IMG/VR virus record: IMGVR_UViG_3300025325_000003
From: a virus
Length of the DNA stretch: 50,183 nt
Strand: one strand, 5' to 3'
The notes beneath the pieces are model-generated. The model worked only from the letters and a program-made list of their open reading frames with translations, was not told the DNA's origin and did not search any database. The position numbers were made by a program, and so were the translations under genes. Numbering within the stretch: the first letter of the stretch is position 1; every line of letters starts with the position of its first letter. Positions 8,501-16,539 of this stretch are shown here, one piece after another.

Positions 8501-11018
8501 CCAGGGTGAGTTGAACCGTACCGCGAAGCGCATCAAACAGAAGCTTCTTGGCGAGGCCGCAGGGTCGCTCGACTCGCTTGGGCTGGCGAAGGGGGCATTT
8601 CAAGGGCCTGGCGTCGGACTTGCCAAATACCGCTACTTCATCGACCCAGTAGCGCGCCGGGCAGTCGAGGGGCTCGGACCGGAGTACGCTACGGCACAAG
8701 GCCGCGTCATGGACGCGCAGCTACACATCTTGCCTGAGTTAAGACGACAGGCCATCGATGCCGCTGATGCGCTGGAGCGCCTTGAGGCCACCATCGATGA
8801 CGAGCTTGAGACGACCTTGAACCTCATCGCAGGGCATACGACTTCGCAGCAAGGCGAGGCAATGGCCGAGCTTGCGTCGGTTCTGGACAACCCCAACAAC
8901 AGCTGGCAGGGACTTTACAACAGCCTACGACTTAGCATGGCTGACCCCGCCATCGCGGCGAGGATGGCTACACGAGGTAGCGAAGAACGTCTGATTGACC
9001 TAGGCGATGTTGTTCTGCGTGGCGGAGAAAGAGGACGTCTCGTACGGATTAACAAGCTCACCGCACAGGGAAAACGTTCGACGGTCTATCTTGGGCTCGA
9101 CGCCGAGCAGAGGGTCCAGTCAGTCCGGTCGATATTCGATACCGCGAATCAGGGTGTTGGCGCCATCACGGCCCCGTCCGCACAAGGCTTAGGTTGGGGA
9201 CTAGAGCTGTTGAAGGCCCACTGGTACGATGAGGGGGTCGATTCGTTCGAGAAGGCGATGGCGCTCATAACCAAGCAGAACTTCACCCCTGACGGTGCGA
9301 AGCTGAACGTACGAGGCGCAAAGTGGTTGAAGGACGACCTCCTTCGTCTCGGCAGCGCGGCCAAGGAAAGCGCACAGCGCCAACTCGAAAAGACCACGCT
9401 ACTTGAACGGCAGGCACTGGGCGAAATGAACAAGATAGTAACTCGTATTCGTACCGAGTCGGCAAATCTAATGCCGGCCCTCGTTCCCGCAGAGAACGCG
9501 CTGAACATGACAGGAATGGAAAGGCTCGGCGTACCGGGCTTTGAAAACTTTGCCATGCCCGCGTTCATGGCGCAGGAATTCAAGCAGGCGCTTGGGGGCT
9601 TCCCGCGCCTCAGCGAACCTCATCGCGCGTTCCGACGCTTCCACTCCTGGTGGAAGGAAATGGCTACGTGGCTGTGGCCAGGCTTCCACGTTCGCAACAC
9701 AATGGGTGCCTGGTTCAACAACTGGCTCGGCGGAGTTGACTTCGACGATTACGTCGCTACCGGTCGAGTGCGGCGCGCCGTACGCGAGATGATTCACCAG
9801 CCGGAAACCGAGTGGCGGTGGGCTAACACCAAGGTAGCCCTGAAGGACCCGGAACTCGTCGGTCGGCTTCGCATGCATGGGACGGCGCGTCTTTACGGCG
9901 TGCCCATCGACGAGCTAACCTACGGGGACCTTGCCGCGCTAACGGACGGGCTAGGCATGACAGCGAACAACGGGCGTGCATTTGCCGAGGCCCGTCTTAG
10001 CACAGAGGCCATTGAAGCCAGAGGCACCGGCCGGTTCGAGAACTTCACGCCAACGGGGCTGTACATCAAGAGCATGCGTGGTGCCGGGACCGGCGTTGAA
10101 AACGTATTTCGCACCGCCAGCTTCATCCGAGGGCTAAAGGACTACGGCGACATCTTCGAGGCGCGCTCGTTCACGATGATGCGGCACGGCGACTACCACG
10201 ACCTAACCGATACCGAGTACAAGTTTGTGCGTGACGTCATCCCCTTCTACAAGTGGATGCGCACCAACCTTCCCTTCCAGGTCCACCAGCTGTTGGAGAA
10301 CCCCGGCAAGCTGCTAGCAACGGTCAAGGCGCAGCAGGCGTTGTTCAACGCTCGCGGAGACGACTACGAGACGATGCTCTCCCGCATGCCTGAGTGGATG
10401 CGCCGGCAGTTCATCATCCCGGTCGGTGAGGATGACGCCTTCAAGGTCATCATGTTGGACCTGCCGATGGCCGACCTCTATATGGATTTCGGAGAGTTTG
10501 CCTCCAGCACCCTACCACTGGTCCGACCGTTCCTGGAGAGCTATATCTTCGAGAAGTCTGCCTTCTCGGGTGCTCCTATCGAAGGGCGTAAGATTCAGCT
10601 GGGCGGTGCCTTCTTGCCGGTTCAGAAGTTGATGAGCGCGGTTGGGATGGCAGAGAAGGGCGCGGACGGCAAATACTACATCAGCGACAAGACGCAGAAC
10701 ATGCTGAGCATGTTCCCCACATTCTCACGCTTCCGCAACTGGATTTACGAGGACCCGGACCGGGCTAAGCTAAGAGCTGGGTCCATCATGTCGGCCGGGC
10801 TAGGCCTGAGTCTGCGACCCATCGACCAAGACACGATGGCCGATGCCGAGCTCAACTTCTACTACGACCAGGTTCTGCCAGCGGTGACTTCGTTACGAGA
10901 CATGGGCTACAAACTACCCACTATCGAGGATGTTCGAGACCTATACGGTACCACGAGCACCGTACTTGAGAGCGTAGGTATTAAACAAAGTCCACTCACA
11001 ACGGTACCAACCCCCTAA
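5589..11018 (+). CDS. Giant virion protein (1809 aa), candidate internal core or ejection protein
   Basis: Single uninterrupted ORF with a GTG start after GGAGGA. It sits just upstream of the lysis genes. No polymerase or lysozyme motif could be assigned by eye. Confidence 0.5.
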   Translation: MQLPSVGGLPPVASIPAPSFSPLFGMTDEEQGMLDMLPQLSGTPMTFGESPMTSGQLTLMQYTAARTGAAVGPNNDPREWTPEEAVAQTDRALARISAVNPELAQKLASERGRAEDPDGFLSSIWDGIKEGFAGVVDIISRPFHILPEVIMDWGKESVWKNVGDALSGRSSADFEDVLTEKLGMEKGILASALGFGMDLVLDPLNLVTLGAGGMAKRALGTTAAKTGIKQAIETGSVLSAGAFARNVADRIGVDLAEKGGLDQVVGAIFGATDVGKTLAEKAGSGVVGRIKAVLGRVHPDVQAGVAFEVVGKAEREALLGLTRLSDDIFRAATVQGWSRVSAEAAAQFGVDKKLFDGALRQMVKDGSGFIPKIGGPVSKAIYHEGRRAAGVLGGIRLRLPFPMFGVRLQTNALAFWPKWLDFQPARRFFAGLSGHTRAMRMVSKGAMSVDELRVLWEGGFSKLKEFAPATAKELAGGPFLHLGSALYPLSEMVGGITAHLAPSAKVVRGGGVGSLRSSDARRIAMHVETQLVDEMSTVLRPDGSRIPTEAVNRMFVTSFGLGRRVSKEEIEEVGRLVADYASVVPDRGVLSAADYWDSVIADHIKRFPKDLDTLAAYRNARGRAVQLEGQLTTRGVDALEAARVWRQISYQIKDTSLRYGQLPDALDDPAALADELRPDDAARLSAQSHPALRNRAFLPVDAEDFADGIGVWAVRDATETYSARGLHYTLGEDVATSPARLAETKIEGGVAVVENAQRLVGQEHAGRVLNPYIRDLTQKTAGAAGEATEIVDRVQILKDEWTELLRDYETTSGRSVETLLDTVEDPIVREIVKNEMNFEGKLGEIVTRELQLAGFDGLLEKTTAGDFLTVFMPTNGSVPVSRINPFAPHVAQTLGWSPRELTEEVRQAVRRAAQPRKPGATENVLRKLVRDTHGMGHVQAELHVRNTLAHEYGVTLAEGQRALVADPLKILQGELNRTAKRIKQKLLGEAAGSLDSLGLAKGAFQGPGVGLAKYRYFIDPVARRAVEGLGPEYATAQGRVMDAQLHILPELRRQAIDAADALERLEATIDDELETTLNLIAGHTTSQQGEAMAELASVLDNPNNSWQGLYNSLRLSMADPAIAARMATRGSEERLIDLGDVVLRGGERGRLVRINKLTAQGKRSTVYLGLDAEQRVQSVRSIFDTANQGVGAITAPSAQGLGWGLELLKAHWYDEGVDSFEKAMALITKQNFTPDGAKLNVRGAKWLKDDLLRLGSAAKESAQRQLEKTTLLERQALGEMNKIVTRIRTESANLMPALVPAENALNMTGMERLGVPGFENFAMPAFMAQEFKQALGGFPRLSEPHRAFRRFHSWWKEMATWLWPGFHVRNTMGAWFNNWLGGVDFDDYVATGRVRRAVREMIHQPETEWRWANTKVALKDPELVGRLRMHGTARLYGVPIDELTYGDLAALTDGLGMTANNGRAFAEARLSTEAIEARGTGRFENFTPTGLYIKSMRGAGTGVENVFRTASFIRGLKDYGDIFEARSFTMMRHGDYHDLTDTEYKFVRDVIPFYKWMRTNLPFQVHQLLENPGKLLATVKAQQALFNARGDDYETMLSRMPEWMRRQFIIPVGEDDAFKVIMLDLPMADLYMDFGEFASSTLPLVRPFLESYIFEKSAFSGAPIEGRKIQLGGAFLPVQKLMSAVGMAEKGADGKYYISDKTQNMLSMFPTFSRFRNWIYEDPDRAKLRAGSIMSAGLGLSLRPIDQDTMADAELNFYYDQVLPAVTSLRDMGYKLPTIEDVRDLYGTTSTVLESVGIKQSPLTTVPTP

Positions 11019-11028
11019 GGGAGGAGAT

Positions 11029-11598
11029 ATGAGACTGTTCGAGGTTAGCAAAAAGTATGGAATCACCTGCGGCAACCACACGGTAAGGCCGGCATCCGCC
11101 GCCACCTGCGGTGTCCTGCATCAAACCGGTGGGTCCACTGCGGAAGGGGCCGCCAGCTACCTTAGCACGCGCCCAGACGGTAGCGTTCACTGCATCGTCG
11201 ACAACACGAAGGCATTCATGACCGCGCCCATTCGCAAAGCCGCTTGCGGCGTTCGAGATGTCAACTACTGGACTTGGCATGTCGAGCAGGCTGGTCCATT
11301 CAGCTGGAATATCAAGGACTGGAAGAAGAACGTTGCTACCATCCGCCGGGCTGCTTGGCACATGGCTAGGTTCCTAGTTCGCCAGGACCTGCCGCGACGG
11401 TTCCTCTCGACGACCGACCTTAACCAAGGGGCACGTCGCGGATGGACAGTTCACTCCGCGCTGAGCTACTCGACCGTCTCGAGCTCGACTCACGTTGACC
11501 CTGTTCACTACCCGCTCCCACTGTTTAAGTTCTACCTGCGTCGATTCTACCGCCGATTCGAGCGTAATGGAGTGCCGCATCTTAAGGTGGTGAGCTAG
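11029..11598 (+). CDS. Endolysin, N-acetylmuramoyl-L-alanine amidase (Amidase_2/PGRP-like)
   Basis: Strong RBS GGGAGGAG. The sequence VLHQTGGSTAEGAASYL...SVHCIVD and the later GWTVHS...STHVDP fit the Zn-amidase H..(T/S)..A..Y...H..VD / H...D pattern. Membrane ORFs lie immediately downstream. Confidence 0.6.
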   Translation: MRLFEVSKKYGITCGNHTVRPASAATCGVLHQTGGSTAEGAASYLSTRPDGSVHCIVDNTKAFMTAPIRKAACGVRDVNYWTWHVEQAGPFSWNIKDWKKNVATIRRAAWHMARFLVRQDLPRRFLSTTDLNQGARRGWTVHSALSYSTVSSSTHVDPVHYPLPLFKFYLRRFYRRFERNGVPHLKVVS

Positions 11599-11801
11599 TG
11601 AACGGCCAAGAGCGAGACCGCTTGGATGTCATAGAAGGAAAGCTAGACCTCCTCATCGTCAAGCTTGAATATGCCGAGAAGGTTAGTCAAGACCACGAGA
11701 GTCGTCTAAGAAGCGTCGAGAAGTGGAAGCTATCAATCCCCATCTCGATGCTGCTAGTAGCTGCCACAGTTATTGGCGGCATCCTCAAGGGAGTAGTGTA
11801 A
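11598..11801 (+). CDS. Holin-like small protein (67 aa; N-terminal coiled coil, C-terminal transmembrane segment)
   Basis: GTG start overlaps the amidase stop. The C-terminus ISMLLVAATVIGGIL is hydrophobic. Position follows the endolysin. Confidence 0.45.
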   Translation: MNGQERDRLDVIEGKLDLLIVKLEYAEKVSQDHESRLRSVEKWKLSIPISMLLVAATVIGGILKGVV

Positions 11802-11941
11802 TGGACTCAGGAAGTAGGAAGGTAGCGCTAGCGTCGCTGCTCGTAGGTGGCGCCGTCAGCTCAGGAGAGTTTGGCTGGGCCTTCGCAGCCTTCGCCGTGT
11901 ACGTTGCGGCGAACGTCGTGATGAAGGTGCTCAGCCGCTAA
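11801..11941 (+). CDS. Small membrane protein (46 aa), second lysis-cassette candidate
   Basis: Internal ATG at 11801 forms a TAATG overlap with the upstream stop. Hydrophobic stretches: ALASLLVGGAV and WAFAAFAVYVAANVV. Confidence 0.4.
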   Translation: MDSGSRKVALASLLVGGAVSSGEFGWAFAAFAVYVAANVVMKVLSR

Positions 11942-11968
11942 GCGTCGTCCGTTCCTCCCCGGACGGCA

Positions 11969-12001
11969 GAGAACCCCCGTCTCATAAGGACGGGGGTTCT
12001 C
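11969..12001. terminator. Bidirectional intrinsic terminator between convergent late (+) and leftward (-) blocks
   Basis: Perfect 13-bp stem gagaacccccgtc / gacgggggttctc with a 7-nt loop, followed by gcatttt on the + strand. It lies between the stop at 11941 (+) and the stop at 12016 (-). Confidence 0.8.
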
Positions 12002-12015
12002 GCATTTTGGGGGTG

Positions 12016-12435
12016 TTACTGTTTAAACCACTCGCTGAAAACATGCATCGTGACGGTGACCGCAGCTAGCTCGTTGCGCGGGTCGTTCCACCAGCGTGAC
12101 CGGCCGCTAGGGTGAGGAAAGATGTACCACCAGTCGGTGAACGCGCGGTCGAGCGACAGGAACTCTTTATCGCCCTTTCCAAAAGCTGTTGCTACACGAC
12201 GTCCAAGTAAAACGAAGAGGGTAGGAGCCATCTCAGAGTCTACGAGCAATACGCTCGAAGCCTCCTCGCGCGCTCGCGCTGCGGACCAGCGTTCGGGCCT
12301 CTCCTCGAAGAGGTTGACCCACGGGTACTCGACGTTACCGAGAAGCGTCCGAAGACGCTTCCCGGCTTTCGTCTCGTACGCCGCCTTACCGCGGACGTTG
12401 GGCGACTCACCGACGATAAGAACCGCACGGGTCAC
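12016..12435 (-). CDS. Compact uracil-DNA glycosylase superfamily-like protein (139 aa)
   Basis: VGESPN near the N-terminus resembles UDG family-4 motif A, GE[AS]PG. FPHPSGRS near the C-terminus resembles the HPS motif B. The protein is much shorter than typical UDGs. Confidence 0.45.
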   Translation of the reverse strand: MTRAVLIVGESPNVRGKAAYETKAGKRLRTLLGNVEYPWVNLFEERPERWSAARAREEASSVLLVDSEMAPTLFVLLGRRVATAFGKGDKEFLSLDRAFTDWWYIFPHPSGRSRWWNDPRNELAAVTVTMHVFSEWFKQ

Positions 12436-12812
12436 TTGAACGCCACCACCTCACAGCCAACAAAGGTGTCGTGTGGGTCACCTGTACAGCGGTCGAAGCC
12501 AGCACCACCCTTAAGCAGCCCTGGCGCTGCGCCACTGCCCCAGTTGTTTAGGCGGTCATCGCCAGAGCCGCCGTAGACCTCATCACCAGGACCACCCTTG
12601 CCGGTCCAGATGGTGTCGTCGCCGCCGAGCCCAAAGACCACATCAGGTCCGCGGCCTCCGCGCAGCACATCGTCACCTTCCGTACCGAAGATAACGGATG
12701 GGCCGTTGCCATCCGGTGGCTGCAGGCCGACCGCCCGGTCAACCAAACAGCCCACGCTAATGACGGCGATGCCGACTATCAGCGCTCGGGTTGCGATTCG
12801 TCTAATGTCCAT
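12432..12812 (-). CDS. Membrane-anchored or secreted protein with RTX-like calcium-binding glycine-rich repeats
   Basis: N-terminal hydrophobic segment ALIVGIAVISVGCLV is followed by tandem GGxGxD-type nonapeptides (GGRGPDVVF, GLGGDDTIW, GKGGPGDEV, GGSGDDRLN). Confidence 0.6.
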   Translation of the reverse strand: MDIRRIATRALIVGIAVISVGCLVDRAVGLQPPDGNGPSVIFGTEGDDVLRGGRGPDVVFGLGGDDTIWTGKGGPGDEVYGGSGDDRLNNWGSGAAPGLLKGGAGFDRCTGDPHDTFVGCEVVAFK

Positions 12813-13102
12813 GCGACCTCCTCTTTCGGTAGTTCAATTCCCTCGAACCACCGCTTTTCAGACTTCCTCAGTTCCTTGAGGATAGTCCGCCTCATCTGTC
12901 GATTAGGCACGAACCCCGTCGGTTCGCGCTTTGGCATCATCAAAAGTTCCTTCGCCACCAGGTCCGCGACCCGGCGCCGAACCTGCCGTTCTGGCAGACC
13001 CATCAGTAATAGCCATTGAGGTTGCTGCAATAGCCACCGTTCCAGCTTATCGAGCAGCTCCTCAACTGCTAACTCAACCTCGGCATAAGTGTTAACCGGC
13101 AT
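12779..13102 (-). CDS. Hypothetical helical protein (107 aa)
   Basis: Internal ATG at 13102 was chosen. The first 69 codons of the listed ORF 12779..13309 overlap 13092..13607 out of frame and look like S/R-rich noise. Confidence 0.45.
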   Translation of the reverse strand: MPVNTYAEVELAVEELLDKLERWLLQQPQWLLLMGLPERQVRRRVADLVAKELLMMPKREPTGFVPNRQMRRTILKELRKSEKRWFEGIELPKEEVAWTLDESQPER

Positions 13103-13607
13103 TTTCTGCCTCACAGCTCGCTGCCAGAATGAACCACTCAACAGGGCTCGGGTGACCCTTGATGCCGGCTTCCTTGAGCTTCCGGACAACAACGCCGGCG
13201 ACTGGGACATCGTGCGGAGCAGTCGCCGTTGCCTCCTCGAGCTTAAAATCAATAACAGCTCCCGCAGACCTCGGCGATAGGGCTGTCCCGTACGCGAGAT
13301 AGAACTCACAACGCGGGTATCGAGCTCTATACGCAGCGTGTAACGCGTTACCTGCTTTTACACCATCGGTTTTAATGGCGTCTATTTCCAAAGTGACTTC
13401 CTCCCGCAGCTCTCTTGCGCTCGGAAATTTGTCAGAGCCGCGGGGCTCTGGAGCGGAAGCTAACGGTGGCGAGGGCTGATGACTCGTCGAGTCTCGCGCA
13501 AGCTGGACGCCGCCCCAGATGGTCGCAGCGAAGAGCAAGATGCCGATGATGAAAGCAGCTATTCGTCTCGTGTGCGGGTTCCAAGCACTGTCATAGGTGC
13601 CACTCAC
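13092..13607 (-). CDS. Membrane-anchored hypothetical protein (171 aa)
   Basis: Single N-terminal transmembrane segment AAFIIGILLFAATIWGG, then a Pro/Ser linker and a globular part. Confidence 0.5.
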   Translation of the reverse strand: MSGTYDSAWNPHTRRIAAFIIGILLFAATIWGGVQLARDSTSHQPSPPLASAPEPRGSDKFPSARELREEVTLEIDAIKTDGVKAGNALHAAYRARYPRCEFYLAYGTALSPRSAGAVIDFKLEEATATAPHDVPVAGVVVRKLKEAGIKGHPSPVEWFILAASCEAENAG

Positions 13608-13631
13608 TCTTACTCTCCCTACTCTTCTGGG

Positions 13632-13907
13632 TTAGTAGACATCGCCATTCTCCTCAGCCTTCCGGTCTTCGTACGGCGCAATTCGCCTACGATACAGCTC
13701 ATAGCCGACCGCCGACAGGACGCCAAGAACTTCGTTATACGCGTCATAGCTTTCGGCGAAGCTATCAGCCTGGTTTACGTAGTCGATAACCACCTTCGTC
13801 AATACGTAGTTGAGCTGCCCTGGCGTGTGGGGTTTGTGGCCCGCGGCGATATCAGCCCGTTGCTCTGAATGAATGTACGGCACTAGTCGCCCCTCCTCTC
13901 GTCCCAT
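13632..13907 (-). CDS. Hypothetical protein (91 aa)
   Basis: ORF on the operon strand. Function not assignable from sequence. Confidence 0.5.
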   Translation of the reverse strand: MGREEGRLVPYIHSEQRADIAAGHKPHTPGQLNYVLTKVVIDYVNQADSFAESYDAYNEVLGVLSAVGYELYRRRIAPYEDRKAEENGDVY

Positions 13908-13990
13908 CTCTCAAATAGCCTGCCGACGGTGAAGCCGACCTGAAACGCGCCCATCATCAAGGCGATTGCGACAATGAGCGGAATGTTCAC
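13883..13990 (-). CDS. Small transmembrane peptide (35 aa), not in the ORF track
   Basis: GTG at 13990 lies after AGGAGG and forms a GTGA overlap with the upstream stop. Translation by hand: MNIPLIVAIALMMGAFQVGFTVGRLFERWDERRGD. Confidence 0.4.
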   Translation of the reverse strand: MNIPLIVAIALMMGAFQVGFTVGRLFERWDERRGD

Positions 13991-14271
13991 TTTCTCTCCT
14001 CCTCTTGGGTGATTGCTTCGCGCCGATGCCATGTACGGTGTATGTCATCATGGAGCCGCCCACATTCAGCCTCGTTCCGACACTCAGGCTGTCCCTCGTC
14101 TTGGGCCTCTCTAAAGGCCCCCTCTAGCTTCTCTAGGCGTTGGAGGAGGGCGTCCAGGGCTAGGTCGAAGTCCTGTCCTGCTCTCTCGCCATAGCGCGTG
14201 ACTATTGCTCCTCGCCATCGACGTAGGCTTCTGACCTCCGCACTCATTTCCTCTCCTCCCACGACAAGCAA
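13987..14271 (-). CDS. Hypothetical protein (94 aa)
   Basis: ORF on the operon strand with charged, helical composition. Confidence 0.5.
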   Translation of the reverse strand: MLVVGGEEMSAEVRSLRRWRGAIVTRYGERAGQDFDLALDALLQRLEKLEGAFREAQDEGQPECRNEAECGRLHDDIHRTWHRREAITQEEERK

Positions 14272-14444
14272 TCTCTAGTCATCTTCGCCATCTCTTTATC
14301 TTGCTCCTGGTAACGCCGCGGTAGTCTCCACTCGCGTAGGTCAAAAACTTCCGAGACTGGCCGTCTCCTGCGCCGCCGCCGCTTGGGCCGTACGCTCTTA
14401 GTCTCTGATAGGCAGTAACCAAAGCCAACTTCGGGGTCATTCAA
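14244..14444 (-). CDS. Hypothetical Arg-rich small protein (66 aa)
   Basis: ATG overlaps the stop of the kinase gene. Contains KRRRRRRRP. Confidence 0.4.
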   Translation of the reverse strand: MNDPEVGFGYCLSETKSVRPKRRRRRRRPVSEVFDLREWRLPRRYQEQDKEMAKMTRDCLSWEERK

Positions 14445-15036
14445 CGTGTTTTCCCTTCATCTTATCATCGACCGCGGCATGAAGTTCGTCGACGTTGCGA
14501 GCCATCAAGATTTCGGCAACCGGTAGGTCCTTTAGGTAGCGCTCACTCGGATGGTCAGTGCCGATACCGTTGTCGTAGAAGGTCCAATCCTCGTTGTAGC
14601 GCTCGACTGCCCACACCTCGCCATGAGACCGCAAGACATATTCAGCTTCGTTTGGAAACCTTACGTCAGTGATGACAACATTCTCACCACGTAACCAACT
14701 ACTACGGTAGTCGTCGTCAAGAGCACGCACCCAGCTATCTTCACCAAGAATATTTCGGACAGCTTCGGTGCCTAGTACTTGGAGAAAGCGACGCACTTCG
14801 TTGTGCGTCTTTGCGCCCTCCCACCCTTCTAACTCAACAAGGTCCGATAACCGAAGAGAGACCCGCTGAAGAGAGACCCGGTCCGGGTCATTGAACAATA
14901 TATATGGGTCGAGCACGAACGCCATTTCCTTCAACGCATCCGCGAATGCTAGTCTCACAAAGTCATACTTTTCCACGAGGTAGTTTCCTGCCGTGTCCTT
15001 CCCATGCTGCGCGTAACCAGTCAGCCCGATAAGCAT
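14437..15036 (-). CDS. Deoxynucleoside monophosphate kinase-like protein
   Basis: N-terminal P-loop LIGLTGYAQHGKDT and the following FADALK resemble phage dNMP kinases. Confidence 0.6.
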   Translation of the reverse strand: MLIGLTGYAQHGKDTAGNYLVEKYDFVRLAFADALKEMAFVLDPYILFNDPDRVSLQRVSLRLSDLVELEGWEGAKTHNEVRRFLQVLGTEAVRNILGEDSWVRALDDDYRSSWLRGENVVITDVRFPNEAEYVLRSHGEVWAVERYNEDWTFYDNGIGTDHPSERYLKDLPVAEILMARNVDELHAAVDDKMKGKHVE

Positions 15037-15437
15037 TAGTCTCTAACCCCCGTTAATCCGCGTATCTGCGCGTACTCTAACAGTTCATCATAGCTATACT
15101 CGTAGAAGACTGGAATACCCAACTCAGTGGCTTTAGCAACTTCAAGGTCAGCACCTTTAGACTCGCCGGTGAGCCGGAACACGGCCTCGCTGGCTGCGAC
15201 CCACTCAAGGTCCCACTCCAAGTATCCATTCCAACTGATAGCTTCTGTATTATTACCAGTACCATCATCCCACGCAAACATATAGCCGTCAAAATGTGGA
15301 ATGTAGGGCGCGAAGCCGTCATGTACCAGTCTTCGTCCCCACTTAATAGCACGAACAATATTGTCGAATACATCGCCCTTAGAAATCGGGCCGGCGACGT
15401 AGACCCTAAGTCTGCGTCGCTCGAACAACTCGTTCAT
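15036..15437 (-). CDS. Nucleoside 2-deoxyribosyltransferase-like protein
   Basis: VYVAGPIS near the N-terminus and GESKGADLEVAKATELGIPVF near the C-terminus match the NDT/DUF4406-type pattern. Confidence 0.55.
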   Translation of the reverse strand: MNELFERRRLRVYVAGPISKGDVFDNIVRAIKWGRRLVHDGFAPYIPHFDGYMFAWDDGTGNNTEAISWNGYLEWDLEWVAASEAVFRLTGESKGADLEVAKATELGIPVFYEYSYDELLEYAQIRGLTGVRD

Positions 15438-16422
15438 TCTCTTCCTCCTGGTCGGGCGCGGCTTCCTTCTCCATCATTAAGATGCTGTCGCCAACCGACA
15501 ACAACTCTACGCCGCGCTCCTCCGTCCCTCTTGTTGAGGGTCGGTTCTTCAGCAGCTGCAGAAAAGTCGAACCCTCATATCGCTTGACTAGCGCTCGCAG
15601 TTCCCAGTACTCGTCTTCGTCAAACCGGTCACCTAATGTCTGCTTCGCCATCTCGAACGTCATGTTCCCGACTGGGTTGAGCGCCGGTCGGTACGTGGAG
15701 AAGACGATGTCGGCCTGTTCTTCGCCGCCGTACTTGAGCTGTGCGAGCGTGACCGGGATGTGCCCCGCGTTACGGGAGTTGGTACCACCAAATTCATCGT
15801 TGCGGGAAAGTTGGTGAAGTGCGACAACGCCCACCCCTGCTGCATTCGACCAGACCTGGAGCGCTTCGGCCAATCTCGGTATGCGCGACTGCTCGTTGAA
15901 TCCAAACTCCCCGGCTCGGGTGAGGAGGGAGAGGTAGTCGATGAAAACGACTCGGGGTTGCTCCTCAGCTCGGAGAGCAGAAAGCCGAAGAGTCGCGTCA
16001 AGGTGTTCGGGATGGGGGCGGGTTCCCGCGAGAACGTGAACCTTACCCCGCGCAAACTCTCGCCACGACTGTCGAAGTTGGTCTCCTCGCTCACCACGTA
16101 ACTCCTCCTCAAGCTGGTCAGGTGACCGGCCGGTCCTGACCGACATCATCTTCACCACATACTGCCAGGGTGCCTCGTCTAGTCCTACGATAGCTACTGG
16201 CGTTCCTGCCTCGGCCATCGTGACCGCCATGTTCAGCATCGTAGTCGTCTTGCGTGTCCCTGTCCTACCGCCCAGCAGCGCGAAGTTGCCGGGCAGAATG
16301 CCACCTCTGCGGAGCAACAGGTCTACGCCCATCACGCCGGTCGAACTCGCCGGCCGCTCGTCGTTAACCGACTCGTCGACCAACTTCAGCTGCTGCGACT
16401 GGTCGTAGACCCTCAATCCCAT
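15406..16422 (-). CDS. DnaB-like replicative helicase (RecA-type core only)
   Basis: Walker A-like GGRTGTRKTT and Walker B VVFIDYLSLL on a RecA-type core. At 338 aa it lacks a long DnaB N-terminal domain. Confidence 0.7.
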   Translation of the reverse strand: MGLRVYDQSQQLKLVDESVNDERPASSTGVMGVDLLLRRGGILPGNFALLGGRTGTRKTTTMLNMAVTMAEAGTPVAIVGLDEAPWQYVVKMMSVRTGRSPDQLEEELRGERGDQLRQSWREFARGKVHVLAGTRPHPEHLDATLRLSALRAEEQPRVVFIDYLSLLTRAGEFGFNEQSRIPRLAEALQVWSNAAGVGVVALHQLSRNDEFGGTNSRNAGHIPVTLAQLKYGGEEQADIVFSTYRPALNPVGNMTFEMAKQTLGDRFDEDEYWELRALVKRYEGSTFLQLLKNRPSTRGTEERGVELLSVGDSILMMEKEAAPDQEEENERVVRATQT

Positions 16423-16539
16423 CTTACCTCCTAGTTGGTGTAGACCTTATCCCTTCCCATCAGGCCTACGCAGGAGACCCCATCTTGCTGGCCTCCCATC
16501 CCTGCCCGACTTACGCGCGTAACGCTTACGGGCTACGTC

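Noticed and set aside
5589-11018. The 1809-aa ORF as a tape-measure protein of a long-tailed phage
   Set aside because: No major tail, tail-tube or sheath genes, chaperone pair or slippery-site frameshift lie upstream. It also lies after the fibre genes and next to the lysis cassette. This rests on gene order only, so it is a weak rejection.
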